DNA from: Lytechinus pictus
Taxonomy: Eukaryota
Direction of reading: 5' to 3'
Length of the DNA: 64,000 nt
NCBI RefSeq assembly: GCF_037042905.1
Contig: NC_087245.1
Span: 35,962,001-36,026,000 of the forward strand
Shown: one piece after another, positions 53,301 through 62,029 of the stretch
Layout of the letters: each line of letters begins with the position of its first letter
Position numbering within the stretch: the stretch's first letter is position 1
The notes under the pieces: generated by a model
What the model was told of the DNA's origin: nothing
The model's input: the letters and a program-made list of their open reading frames with translations, nothing else
The model's database searches: none
Translations under genes and position numbers: made by a program

Positions 53301-56300
53301 TTGTACATGCATGCCCACTAATGACCATGGAAAGGGTGGATGAAAGCAATTTTGGCTCAACTTTTGATAGGGAATAACAATAATAGGCATTTATGTAGCG
53401 CCATCTATCTAGAAATATTCTATTCCGAAGCGCACAAGAAAAGAAAGAATGAGAGAGTTTAGATGAGTTTCAAAGTGCCAATAACTAAATACTGTAAGAA
53501 TAGACTTCAGTTTAGATTTCAGTATAGAAGGGAACTCCACTATAGCTTCCCTTTGCTTTCTTTGATAGTATTTTCTCTTCCTTCTTGTCTTTACTCTTTA
53601 TACGTGTAAGTCCAAAAAAAATGTATGTCACACTCAACACCATGAAATTCTTTTACTTCTGTATCAAGTGTAGTCAATACATCACTAGGTAATACATGCA
53701 TCATTTGGGATGAAGTGAAAGACCCAAGTTTATGCTCTTCCTTTAAATCTTTGCCCGCCACAGACAGAATCATTCCTGCACCACCTTAATCTTAAGGTGC
53801 AACCTTAAGAGGGGTTTTGAATTGATTATGCTTATTCAGCTCACGATAGCTTTTGATTGGTTTATTGTTAAAGGTCAAGTCCACCCCAACAAAATGTTGA
53901 TTTGAATCAATAGAGAAAAATCAAACAAACACAATGCTGAAAATTTCATCAAAATCGGATGCAAAATAAGAAAGTTATGACATTTCAAAGTTTCGCTTAT
54001 TTTTAAAAAAATAGTTATATGAACGAGCCAGTTACATCCAAATTAGAGAGTCGATGATGTCACTCACTCACTATTTCTTTTGTTTTTTATTGTTTGAATT
54101 ATACAATATTTCAATTTTTACGAATTTGACGATTAGGACCTCCTTGCCTGAACCACAAAATGTTAAAATAATGGAATTCCACGTATTCAGGGAGGAATGG
54201 AACTTCATTTCACATGACAATGACGAGAAAATCAAAATATTTCATAATTCTCATAATAAAATACAAAAAAAATAGTGAGTGAGTGATGTCATCAGTTCCC
54301 TCATTTGCATACCGACCGGGATGTGCATATAACTCTTTTGTGAAATGAAGCGAAACTTTAAAATGTCATAACTTTCTTATTTTACCTCCGATTTTGATGA
54401 AATTTTCAGTGTTATGCTTGTTGGATTTTTCTCTTTTTATTCAAATCAACTGTTTGTTGGGGTGGACTTGTCCTTTAAGAAAAGTTTGTGTGTACAATAC
54501 GATGCCCACATCAATATTGTGTATGTGTGTATGAACAATAGACTTAATGCAGTCTGTGTCTATTGTGAATAAAATGTGACTTGAGTCGAACTTGGCAGTC
54601 TGCTGTATGTGACTCTCGTGAAACAAAGCGGGCAAAGAGTTGATGTTTTACAACCATTTATCTTGCATATACAGAGGTAAAGGATCTTTCTGAGAGAGAA
54701 GCAGCTGAGATATTGAGAGCACAAGAAATGAGTCTCCAGGGTAAGTGGATTGTTATCATGGGGGTGTGTCCAAAAGCAAGCTGGCCATGACCGAACGCAT
54801 GACTATTGACCTCGGCCTCGTTGCATAAAAGTTACTAAAGTCCGACCTCTCTTATCCGGTCTCCCCTTATCCGGATCTCTCTATTATTTGGACGCACACT
54901 TGCCAAGATTTTTTTTTTCAATCTAGTACGTCGGGAAATGAGATTTCAATCTAAACTCAAAATTCCTATGCAAACTCACTTTGATTACATACATTTTCCA
55001 ATAAAGTCTATTATTTTTTATGAAAATATCTTACCCAACTCAACGAAAGAACTTAGAATCATTTTCCAGTAAATCAGGGCACAGCGCAACCATTTTATCA
55101 CGTTCTCTTTTTTTTCCGGGAAAAATTGTCTCTTAAACAGTCATACACAATGCTATACCCGACTGTCACGAATTTGGTCATAAACGTTGGGCAAAAAAAA
55201 CTTTATTAATTTGTGTGTTATTTTTATTATTGTTATTATTATATTATTATGTTGCTGTACAGTTGTAATTTTTTTTCATTACATCCTTGTATGATACACC
55301 ACTAAAATGTTACAACAGGGCCTTTCTTATTAATGGAGAATGTTATTCACTTTATCATGTAACATTCATTTGTTCCTTCCACTCAGATCTGCATGAAAGA
55401 CAAGGTATGACCCCAAACAAAACCCAAGCCAGAGCTGATTCTAAACCAACATCACCAGTCTATTCCAAGGAAGAAACAGAAATGCTCTCTAAACATTCTG
55501 AGGTAAGAATTATATGAGTGAGTGATTAGCAAATGAATGAATGAATGAATGACTGAGTGAATGTATGAAGGAGTGAACATTCTGAGGTAAGATTTATATG
55601 AGTGAGTGGTTACCAAATAAATGAATGAAGGAATAAATAAATAAACATTCTGAGGTAAGATTTAAATGAGTGGATAACAAATGAATGGATGGATGGATGG
55701 GCTAGCGAACAAATAAAATTTAGTGTATCTTGTTAAACTTGTTAACTATGTGTGTCTGTCAACTCAAGCTGGTGGTCTGTGTTGCAATGCCAGTGTTAAA
55801 TATTTTTTAAAGATGGGTTTGGGGCTTGTTTCGTTAATAATTTTAATTATTAAACAGGACTTATAGTTTTTTATATTTCTTGTTCTACTCAATTAATCCT
55901 CTTTTAACCCAATGACCTACATTTGTGTTATGACCATAGCCTACTTATGATATTTTTGCGTAGTTGAAAGGGGAGGGGGTGAATACCATACATATTTAGA
56001 CCACAACCTACACATAATCTTTCTTCCTTAGCAAGGATGGTTATAACCATACACTCAACAAAGAAAATTAAATACTATCAAGTAATATCACTTTTGAAAC
56101 TTCATGAATCAAAGGGGGAGGGGGAAGACACTACCACAATCAAACTTTTATCCTAAAGTAATATCATTTTGGGAGGAAAGACCTTTCTCAGTGGTAGGCT
56201 GTTTAGCATAGGAATGATTTGTATCAAAATACCCAAATATGCCAAAAAAGGTATAAGAGATTGGTTAATGTGAGAAAGGTCCTTTGCCTTGCTGGGGAGT

Positions 56301-57451
56301 CCAGGTTGCACAGTTGGTAAGATGCTGGTCGTGCAAGCTGAAAAAAGGGGTTAAAGTCTTCAAAGAAATCTGTTAGCATGGTAAAGCCTGTTCTTTTCCT
56401 CTCCTACCGTAGACTTCTATAATCTTCTCTCATCGTGTGAGCAACTCACACTACCCATATCATTGTACATGTAGTGTGATTTGGTCACATTTCTTTTCTA
56501 TGCTGTTAGAGTGATTAGAGGACAAGTCCACCCCAAGAAAAAGATGTATTAATAAAATGAATAATAGAGAAATCCAACAAGTATAGCACTGAAAATTTCA
56601 TCAAAATCGGATGTAAAATAAGAAAGTTATTACGTTTTAAAGTTTCGCTTTATTTTACAAAACAGTTATATGCACATCCTGATCAGTATGTTAATGACGT
56701 GACTGATGATGTCATCCACTCACTATTTCTTTTGTATTTTATTAAATGAAAAATTAAATATTCTAATTTTCTCCTCAATGTCAAGTGAAACAACAATTAA
56801 TTCTTCCCTGAACATGTAGAAGTAGCATTGGTTAATACGATATGGTTCAGTCAAGTTGGTCCTGATCATCAAATCTGCAAAATATGAAATATTTTATAAT
56901 TCAAACAATGAAAAACAAAAGAAATAGCGAGTGAGGGACATCATCATCCGTCTCATTTGCATGTCACTGAGTTGTGCATATCACTGTTTTGTGAAAAATA
57001 AGTAAAACTTTAAAATGTCATAACTTTCTTATTTTACATCCGATTTTTATGAAATTTTCAGTGTTATGCTCGTTTGATTTTTCTTTATTTATTCAAATCA
57101 ACATTTTTTGGGGTGGACTTGACCTTTAAACAAAATCCACTATTGTACTACCATTAACTGTCACAATTCAGGCTGTTTTGATGTACATGCACTTAGACAT
57201 TTTTTTTTTCTTTGCTTCCTTTCAATTAGCTTGGCCATCTGAACAATGCCTATCGTCTTGTCTCCATCGTGAGCCATATCGGAAGTACGTCAATGACTGG
57301 ACACTATATCAGTGACGTCTATGATGTTGAGAAGAAATGCTGGCTAAGTTACGACGATTCAACGGTGATGAAGAGAGATGAGAGAAGCCTACGCGAGGAG
57401 AGGAGAAGAACAGGATACATCTTTTTTTACCATGCTAAAGAGTTCCTTTGA
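25343..57451 (+). CDS. USP37: Ubiquitin carboxyl-terminal hydrolase 37-like (USP26/29/37 family), 18 coding exons, ~1311 aa
   Basis: N-terminal PH-like domain (WKDG..MLVVEY..), KEN box, Cys box GFSNLGNTCYMNAILQSL, QHDAHEFL, two CxxC, LPRVLILHLKRY, UIM-containing insert, His box SHIGS..GHYISDVYD..WLSYDD. All introns are GT-AG and exon phases match; exon lengths sum to 3936 nt. Confidence 0.95.
26307..26983. mobile_element. MITE in intron 1
   Basis: Ends (ta)gggtgtctg / cagacaccc(ta). Confidence 0.6.
27092..27680. mobile_element. ~600-bp TTAA-flanked (Kolobok-like) MITE, copy 1
   Basis: TTAA-aggtcaagttcacc ... ggggtggacttgtcct-ttac; colinear with the copies at 37116, 53872 and 56519. Confidence 0.9.
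29085..29232 (+). CDS. USP37: USP37 exon 2 (PH-like domain, second half)
   Basis: ttcag|LNVKGATYTPTNNTRAMILLKDGTAVHINKAPASGLEKMMDAIDALGKK|gttggt. Confidence 0.88.
29332..30664. mobile_element. Tc1/mariner-type non-autonomous element with ~300-bp TIRs
   Basis: TA-cagtgcgtataaaaaa ... tttttatacgcactg-TA; TIR similarity extends to about 29640 / 30360. Confidence 0.9.
31498..31619 (+). CDS. USP37: USP37 exon 3
   Basis: ctag|GKTTG...SPQKPKPSREQSL|gtaagt; phases 1 to 0 fit the neighbours. Confidence 0.8.
31980..32205 (-). mobile_element. tRNA-derived SINE
   Basis: Minus strand: ggagcgttatggcccagtgga (A box)...gggttcaaatcccagcc (B box), then the core shared with 14570-14710. Confidence 0.85.
33575..33668. 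repeat. Near-perfect 94-bp palindrome
   Basis: tggcccgcctcc...tcaagaatcatac-g-gtatgcttcttga...ggaggcgggcca. Confidence 0.92.
33725..33948 (+). CDS. USP37: USP37 exon 4 (contains a KEN box)
   Basis: ttag|TPGRSRTG...QTDKENRYTPTPCR|gtgaat. Confidence 0.85.
34876..34982 (+). CDS. USP37: USP37 exon 5
   Basis: cacag|GERQGVLQKRMKSGGSIFLESFEEKQKGMSENKKK|gtaaag. Confidence 0.8.
35260..35458. mobile_element. Short MITE
   Basis: TIR gggcaattccataa / ttatggaattgccc. Confidence 0.8.
36200..36287 (+). CDS. USP37: USP37 exon 6
   Basis: ttttcag|GPNSAMAVSHNFYSRGRQMSNYGTSDLFSR|gtaagt. Confidence 0.8.
36769..36905. mobile_element. CWG-targeting MITE abutting the exon 7 acceptor
   Basis: ctg-gggcagtgtttcatgaa ... 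ttcatgaaatgctccc-cag; central agccaatcag motif as in the 5305 element. Confidence 0.7.
36909..37070 (+). CDS. USP37: USP37 exon 7
   Basis: cccag|TPSLSSRS...WNKPSGMESSQRNLQG|gtgagt; leads directly into the Cys box. Confidence 0.85.
37116..37729. mobile_element. TTAA-flanked (Kolobok-like) MITE, copy 2
   Basis: TTAA-aggtcaggtccatccc ... ggggtggacttgtcct-TTAA. Confidence 0.9.
37764..37976 (+). pseudogene. Two decayed partial duplicates of the catalytic Cys-box exon (37764-~37855 and 37902-37976)
   Basis: Copy 1 reads FSNLGNIH*; copy 2 reads FSNLGNTCYMNAILQLLLGLQCFIHCH*; both align at the DNA level to 38035-38135. Confidence 0.9.
38035..38163 (+). CDS. USP37: USP37 exon 8 (catalytic Cys box)
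   Basis: tgtag|FSNLGNTCYMNAILQSLLGLQCFIQDLQHIPLIKVLPKSSLYR|gtaagt. Confidence 0.95.
38568..40898. mobile_element. 2.3-kb non-autonomous DNA transposon with dispersed tgtaatgtcagttacc motifs
   Basis: TIR gggcattttcac / gtgaaaatgccc flanked by ttat on both sides; about 9 same-orientation copies of the motif. Confidence 0.8.
41189..41315 (+). CDS. USP37: USP37 exon 9
   Basis: ctag|ALSRLLYSK...VKAAISATATRFSGFMQH|gtaaga. Confidence 0.93.
41600..41715 (-). mobile_element. CR1-type LINE extreme 3' fragment
   Basis: VISPWNNLPENVVSASVNFFFKNWL resembles the WN.LP..VV.A.SV..FK..L ORF2 terminus. Confidence 0.6.
41761..42038 (+). CDS. USP37: USP37 exon 10
   Basis: gtag|DAHEFLCQCLDQLKED...CQECGE...FNDLSLDLPRT|gtaaat. 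Confidence 0.95.
42676..42798 (+). CDS. USP37: USP37 exon 11
   Basis: cacag|EPFSLQTALDSFCASEKLEYACAKC...HKFTKLPR|gtaatc. Confidence 0.95.
42770..43530 (+). repeat. 53-bp minisatellite (~15 units) made of the exon 11 3' end plus its splice donor
   Basis: Unit gtgccataaattcaccaaacttcccag|gtaaccttggtttatattcagtttat; cttcccag recurs at 42791, 42844, 42897 ... 43521, with one shortened unit near 43268. Confidence 0.97.
43529..43686. mobile_element. CWG-targeting MITE inserted in the last minisatellite unit
   Basis: cag-gttggtgtttcatgaagctg ... cagctttatgaatcggcccc-ctg, then gtaacc resumes; homologous to 48143-48312. Confidence 0.85.
44700..45157. mobile_element. MITE with 8-bp TSD, same family as 16659-17122 in inverted orientation
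   Basis: TSD actctagt on both sides; cccaggg / ccctggg ends. Confidence 0.9.
45250..45835. mobile_element. TTAA-flanked (Kolobok-like) MITE, second family
   Basis: TTAA-aggagaatgaaac ... gtttcattctcct-TTAA with long internal inverted arms. Confidence 0.9.
45919..46086 (+). CDS. USP37: USP37 exon 12
   Basis: aacag|VLILHLKRYTYDS...VVIPRFLTL...AYHV|gtaagt. Confidence 0.95.
46264..46654. mobile_element. Two adjacent CWG-targeting MITEs (46264-46474, 46478-46654) sharing a CTG
   Basis: ctg-ggggtgtttcacaaag...ctttgtgaaacacccc-ctg-gttggttgtttcataaagc...gctttatgaaacacccac-ctg. Confidence 0.85.
47336..47446 (+). CDS. USP37: USP37 exon 13
   Basis: ttacag|PLSPLRDNIGTPF...IRKKLDYESTR|gttagt. Confidence 0.8.
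47461..47980. mobile_element. Harbinger-like MITE
   Basis: gtgtttatgcttcca..cagaatcagcgttt is inverted to aaacgctgattctg..tggaagcataaacac. Confidence 0.8.
48143..48312. mobile_element. CWG-targeting MITE with perfect CAG TSD
   Basis: cag-ggggcgtttcataaagctgttcg ... cgaacagctttgtgaaacacccac-cag. Confidence 0.9.
48560..49050 (-). mobile_element. Decayed L2/CR1-group LINE 3' fragment
   Basis: ASVTQLNSLDWNSLEER...SFFSRTITLLNNL resembles SVT.ML..L.W..L..RR / SFFPRTI..WN.LP. May extend further right. Confidence 0.7.
49697..49805 (+). CDS. USP37: USP37 exon 14
   Basis: tttag|SGFKFNRGRLASDS...IQDSSKS|gtaagt; phases 2 to 0 are needed to join exons 13 and 15. Confidence 0.8.
49848..50537. mobile_element. 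piggyBac-like MITE
   Basis: TTAA-ccctatctaggcc ... ggcctagataggg-TTAA. Confidence 0.88.
51719..53144 (+). CDS. USP37: USP37 exon 15 (large UIM-containing insert)
   Basis: tgcag|EKSNNE..EEEQLARALELSRQE ... EEEDIRKATELSMQ|gtaaat; 1426-nt open frame. Confidence 0.93.
52652..52767 (+). repeat. In-frame 51-bp (17-aa) coding tandem repeat, ~2.3 copies
   Basis: LSKTPNKVSATSVDDSG twice plus LSKTP, identical at the DNA level. Confidence 0.95.
53872..54474. mobile_element. TTAA-flanked (Kolobok-like) MITE, copy 3
   Basis: TTAA-aggtcaagtccacccc ... ggggtggacttgtcct-TTAA. Confidence 0.92.
54675..54740 (+). CDS. USP37: USP37 exon 16 (single UIM)
   Basis: acag|EVKDLSEREAAEILRAQEMSLQ|gtaagt; 66 nt, phase 1-1. 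Confidence 0.8.
55387..55502 (+). CDS. USP37: USP37 exon 17
   Basis: ctcag|DLHERQGMTPNK...EETEMLSKHSE|gtaaga. Confidence 0.85.
56519..57125. mobile_element. TTAA-flanked (Kolobok-like) MITE, copy 4, opposite orientation
   Basis: aggacaagtccacccc ... gggtggacttgacct-TTAA; the interior is the reverse complement of copies 1-2. Confidence 0.9.
57230..57451 (+). CDS. USP37: USP37 exon 18 (His/Asp box, stop codon)
   Basis: attag|LGHLNNAYRLVSIVSHIGSTSMTGHYISDVYD...WLSYDD...GYIFFYHAKEFL*. Confidence 0.95.
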   Translation, partial: LGHLNNAYRLVSIVSHIGSTSMTGHYISDVYDVEKKCWLSYDDSTVMKRDERSLREERRRTGYIFFYHAKEFL

Positions 57452-60400
57452 AGAAGAATTTCACTGTTTTCACGAACTCCACATTGTAGGACAAGGCCGG
57501 AATGCTGCCAATACTCCATGATCGACTTAGAAAGGAGGAATGTACAATCAGATACAACTTATTTAAACCTTGATAAAGAGTTCAACCTGAAACTTTTTGG
57601 ACAACCTTGCCCTGGGTGGACAAGGTCTCTATAATGAATCAAAGAGTTGCCAGCGGTCACCAATGGACTCTGAAGGGAGTGATGAACAACCAGATACAAC
57701 TCATTTTACCTCAGAAAACTTAACTAACTCGGCACTGGTCAGCAAGACCTCATAACGGTGTGATTTACAAAGCCACCCTCCCCAGATGCCATCAGAAGAG
57801 AGAGAATGACTTCTTCATTTCCCTTGAAAGGTGCTTTTGTAAACCAAATTACAAACTCTTTTTGAGAAACACCCACCTGGATAAGTAAGGCCAGATAATG
57901 TTTTACATGATTAAAAAGCTGCCAATCCTTCTTGATCAATTGCTTTTACCTCGCTGAAGATTTTCTGTTTAAACGAAACTGGAAACCTAAAGTCATGAAT
58001 TTTACAGCATTATCCGAGTGCATTTTGTAAATTTGATGCAAAATGTTAGTCCTGTTAGGGCTAACGCTTTATCACATTATACTAAATGATGAATCTGTAA
58101 ATGTGTTGCATTTTCTTTGGATGTTCATGTTCATGTTCATGAAGATTGATATACTAATGATTATATGATGTTTGTCTTGAAGGCGTAGCATGTGCGCTGT
58201 GGCGTCAGCGGCGTCCACATCAAATCTTCATCTAGGTGAAGTTTTTTAAATGTCATGATTATTTTGAAATGTATGAGGATCTATTTCGTTGAATTTGGGC
58301 ATTAAGATAATCAAGTGTCACCGACCATTTGGCATGAGGTTCAGGTCATGTGATTAAGGTCAGAAGTCGACAGCATCAATTATTTTTATTTCTTGTCTGA
58401 AGGCGAGACTTGGGGATCTTCATTTGGTACTAGATGGATCACCAGTAATGCATAAGATAAAACAAATCATGTGCAGTGTTACAAACAGCTTTATGAAAAG
58501 ACTCTTGTTCATGACTTGATATATCAAATTCATCAATCAACTTTGATGCAGACTCTTGGCCCCATGGATGATTATAGAAATGTTATTTTCCATCAGGTTG
58601 CCTAACTACGTCCGAGGTTTTCGTCTTGCCTACATAGCAGAAGCAAGACATAGTCGCTGCTTACAATGGTTTTGGCAATGCCAGCATCATCAACAACAAA
58701 TCTTAACCAAGGTTAAGTTTTTGAAATGCCATCATAACTTTTACAAGATATAACGGCCTTCTGCATGTCTTTCATAAGACTTTGACATAAGGCGAATCAA
58801 GTGTCACTGATCATGTGACATCGAGATAATTGAACTTTGATCATTAATGCTGTGTTATCAATATCATATTCCATGAAATTTACCTATTATAATTATCAAG
58901 TATCAGCAAATAAATGTGTTATTTCAGGTCACTAGGACAAAGTCAAAGGTCATTGGGGGTCAGTAAACTGGTATCAAGTAAAACAAATTCAACCCAAGGC
59001 TAATTTGAATATTTAAGATATTTTGAAATCTTAAGTCAATAATTATTCAGTTAAACTTGATGATTATTAGGTCTCGGCTATTACGAGGGTAACGAGAGCA
59101 GGACGAGAGGTCATTGGATCAAGGTAAAATGTCACTTCAGATTTTAAATGTCACTTCAAATTTATTGCTCCAACTGTATTCTGTTCATTATTTCAAAAGT
59201 ATTTAGTCAGATTAATTGATACTTGTATGAGATGTTTATAAGATATCATAAACAATATTTAAACTAAAATGAATGTGTGCTCTCCTGTCAAAATGTAAGG
59301 CAGTGGGAAGTCAATGAACTTTGATTTATTATCAAATAAATAATAGAAATATGTTTATAACTTTGTAAAAATATTAATCCTATTTGTTCTCATAATCCAT
59401 GAAGCTTGTGTAAAGGAGTATTGATTTCCCCAGGCCAATAAGAGTGGCATTGCTTCCTTCATGACCTTGGGTGATTGCATTGTACATTCAAAGGTTAAAT
59501 TAAAAAGAGAAAATATTTGATATGTCAATGTCACAAGGTCAGCTTTGCTGCTATGTGTCATGATTGCATAATGATATTGGTCAAAATAAAGTACTCAAAA
59601 GTGTTTAAAAAAAAAGAACAGTAAAATACAGAACAATAGGATACCTTAGAATAAATTCATAAAACAATAAGATAAAAGAATAATTTTTTGTTCAATGTTA
59701 ACAAGGCTTCTAGGATACATTAAAAAAAAAAAATTCATAAGAAGCTTTGTTTATGAAGTGATTAAAGGAAAACACAATTTATGCATATCGTTTGCATAAA
59801 TCATCACTAATTAAAAAAACAATTTTTGTGAAATTTGTACCCATATTTATCTCTCTGTGCTATTAGGCGTGTGCAGATTTTTGCGGCATTTGGCTCCTTC
59901 AGGGCCGAGATCTGAGTATTTCATGGAGCGAAATAGCCCAGTTCAGTAAGGGTTTATCGGGTACCATGAATCATAAGTATAAGTCCCTTTTCCATAGAAC
60001 TTTCATATAATAATGGTTATCAACAGATGTATGAATGAAAATTCATGTCACTAGGAGAAGTTTAAAGTTTATTTGAATTGCAGATACCGTCTTATAAAAT
60101 TGTACTAAAGGTTAGGCTTTTCAATTTTCAAATTGATTTTGAAACTATTTAAAATCATAAATATGAATAATAACTTAGATGATTATAGATTCAGGTTACT
60201 GGGTCAAGGTCAGCGGTCATTTCAGATCAATTTACTAGGATAAGAATTGATAACTTACAATTACATGTAAGATTGGTAATTCATCAAAGAGAGATAGAAA
60301 AAAAAGGTATGCACCGTTTCAATTTATATAACTTTAATCTGATCAAATAATATTTGATCAGATTAAATGAAATTTATATGAATTGAAAGTTGTGAATATT

Positions 60401-60945
60401 TTTGTTTCTGTCTCTCTCTCTCTCTGAAAAATTATCTTACAGGCAATAATGCCAGAGGTTTTTCCACTTGTTTAGTTTTATCAAAGAGGCTGCATTCCAA
60501 TATTATTCCATGTACTAACAAATATGCATTTTTTTTTTGGGGGGGGGATTGCAAAATTACAGACTTAGCCAGCTTTAAATAACAATTTAAGCCGAGGCTA
60601 ATTCAATAATATTTCCAACATGCAGACAATTATGTTGTACAATCCTATTAAAGCTACAAACATGAAGGCATTAAAATGATGGTAGACCCATATGTATAAT
60701 ATCATGTGAGTTAAATACTTATGAATTGCATCATGTTGTTGTTTTGTTTTACATTTTGTTTCTCATTGATCTGAATGCTCATGTACAAAAAATATAGGCC
60801 TATTAAGATGTTTATGAGATATTGTACTGAATAACATGCACAAGAATTAAACGTTAATTCTGTGAAGCCTCATGATTCCAAGAATGTTGATATTTATTGT
60901 GGATTGTATTTAACTTACACTTCCCCTATCAGGAGAAATGCCTGA

Positions 60946-61071
60946 TAATAATAATAATAGTAATAATAATAATATTAATGATAACAATAATAATATTGAT
61001 AATAATAATTATATTAATAATAATATTAATAATAATAATATTAATATAATATTAATGATAATAATATTAAT
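60946..61071. repeat. (AAT)n microsatellite
   Basis: Direct reading. Confidence 0.9.
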
Positions 61072-61340
61072 ACCCATCTACTTCACCTGTGTTGAGTGCA
61101 GGTCCTAATCAGGGAATTCAGAAAATAAATATATGGTACTTTATCATAATTAAAGAATAATACCTTGCATTTCGCCAACATAAATTCAATACCTATATTT
61201 GTATTATCCTTGTAGTAAAATGCTAATAAAATTAGGTGGTACTCTTTCAAAATTCCAAGCACTTTTTTAGGAATTACTCAAAGGTCCCAAGGATATTTAA
61301 TTTGGAGTGTAAAAGCAAATTATCAGTCCATTTTAGTTAA

Positions 61341-62029
61341 CTCTTATGACACTGGGGGGGGGGCTGATTCACCCCTCCCCTCGATGTTTTTCGCGATAAA
61401 TCCGCCGCGCTAATTTTTTTGACCGTGTCTCTCACTGACTTACTTTCAAGACTCGCAACTTTTGAGACCAAAATTGCGACCTCCGGGTACGCGATTCCAA
61501 AATTATGCAACATTTCGTAAGTGCGTGCAGAACCAAAATTGCTCAAAAACGTGAATTCGTGTACAAATCCAATGCAAATAGTGTTTTTTGCCAAAATTCA
61601 TAAATGTATCACTACTTTTCCTTTTACTGATTAAAATCAAATCAATTTCATCTTGTTAATGGTCAAAATAAAGTCACCGACAATTTCCATTGAAAAAAAC
61701 AAAGAAATACATAAGAAATATAGAAAACAATAACTTACGTAAGGAAAATAAATGTGATGTTGATTTTTTTTCAAATACATGTTTGATCAGATCCCTATAA
61801 AGAATCTGTGAACCAAAAATTAGCATTTTAGGTGCATTATATAGTTAATTATAGCATTTTTTAATTTTGTGCATAAATTAGCATAATTAACAATTAGATT
61901 TTTCGCAGAAAAAAAGATCTTACAGTTTTGTAAATTGTGCCATGGGAAACGTGCGTGCCAATTTTTGTCGTGACCGCGCGATCGACAGCCGATAGCATAG
62001 GGGGTGGGGATAAATGGCCCAGTCTAGGG
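61341..62029. mobile_element. piggyBac-like MITE, older inverted relative of 49848-50537
   Basis: TTAA on both sides; 61450-61600 is the reverse complement of about 50370-50510. Confidence 0.8.

Noticed and set aside
58909..59591. USP37 polyadenylation signal
   Set aside because: Several AATAAA hexamers in AT-rich sequence; cannot choose one without transcript data.
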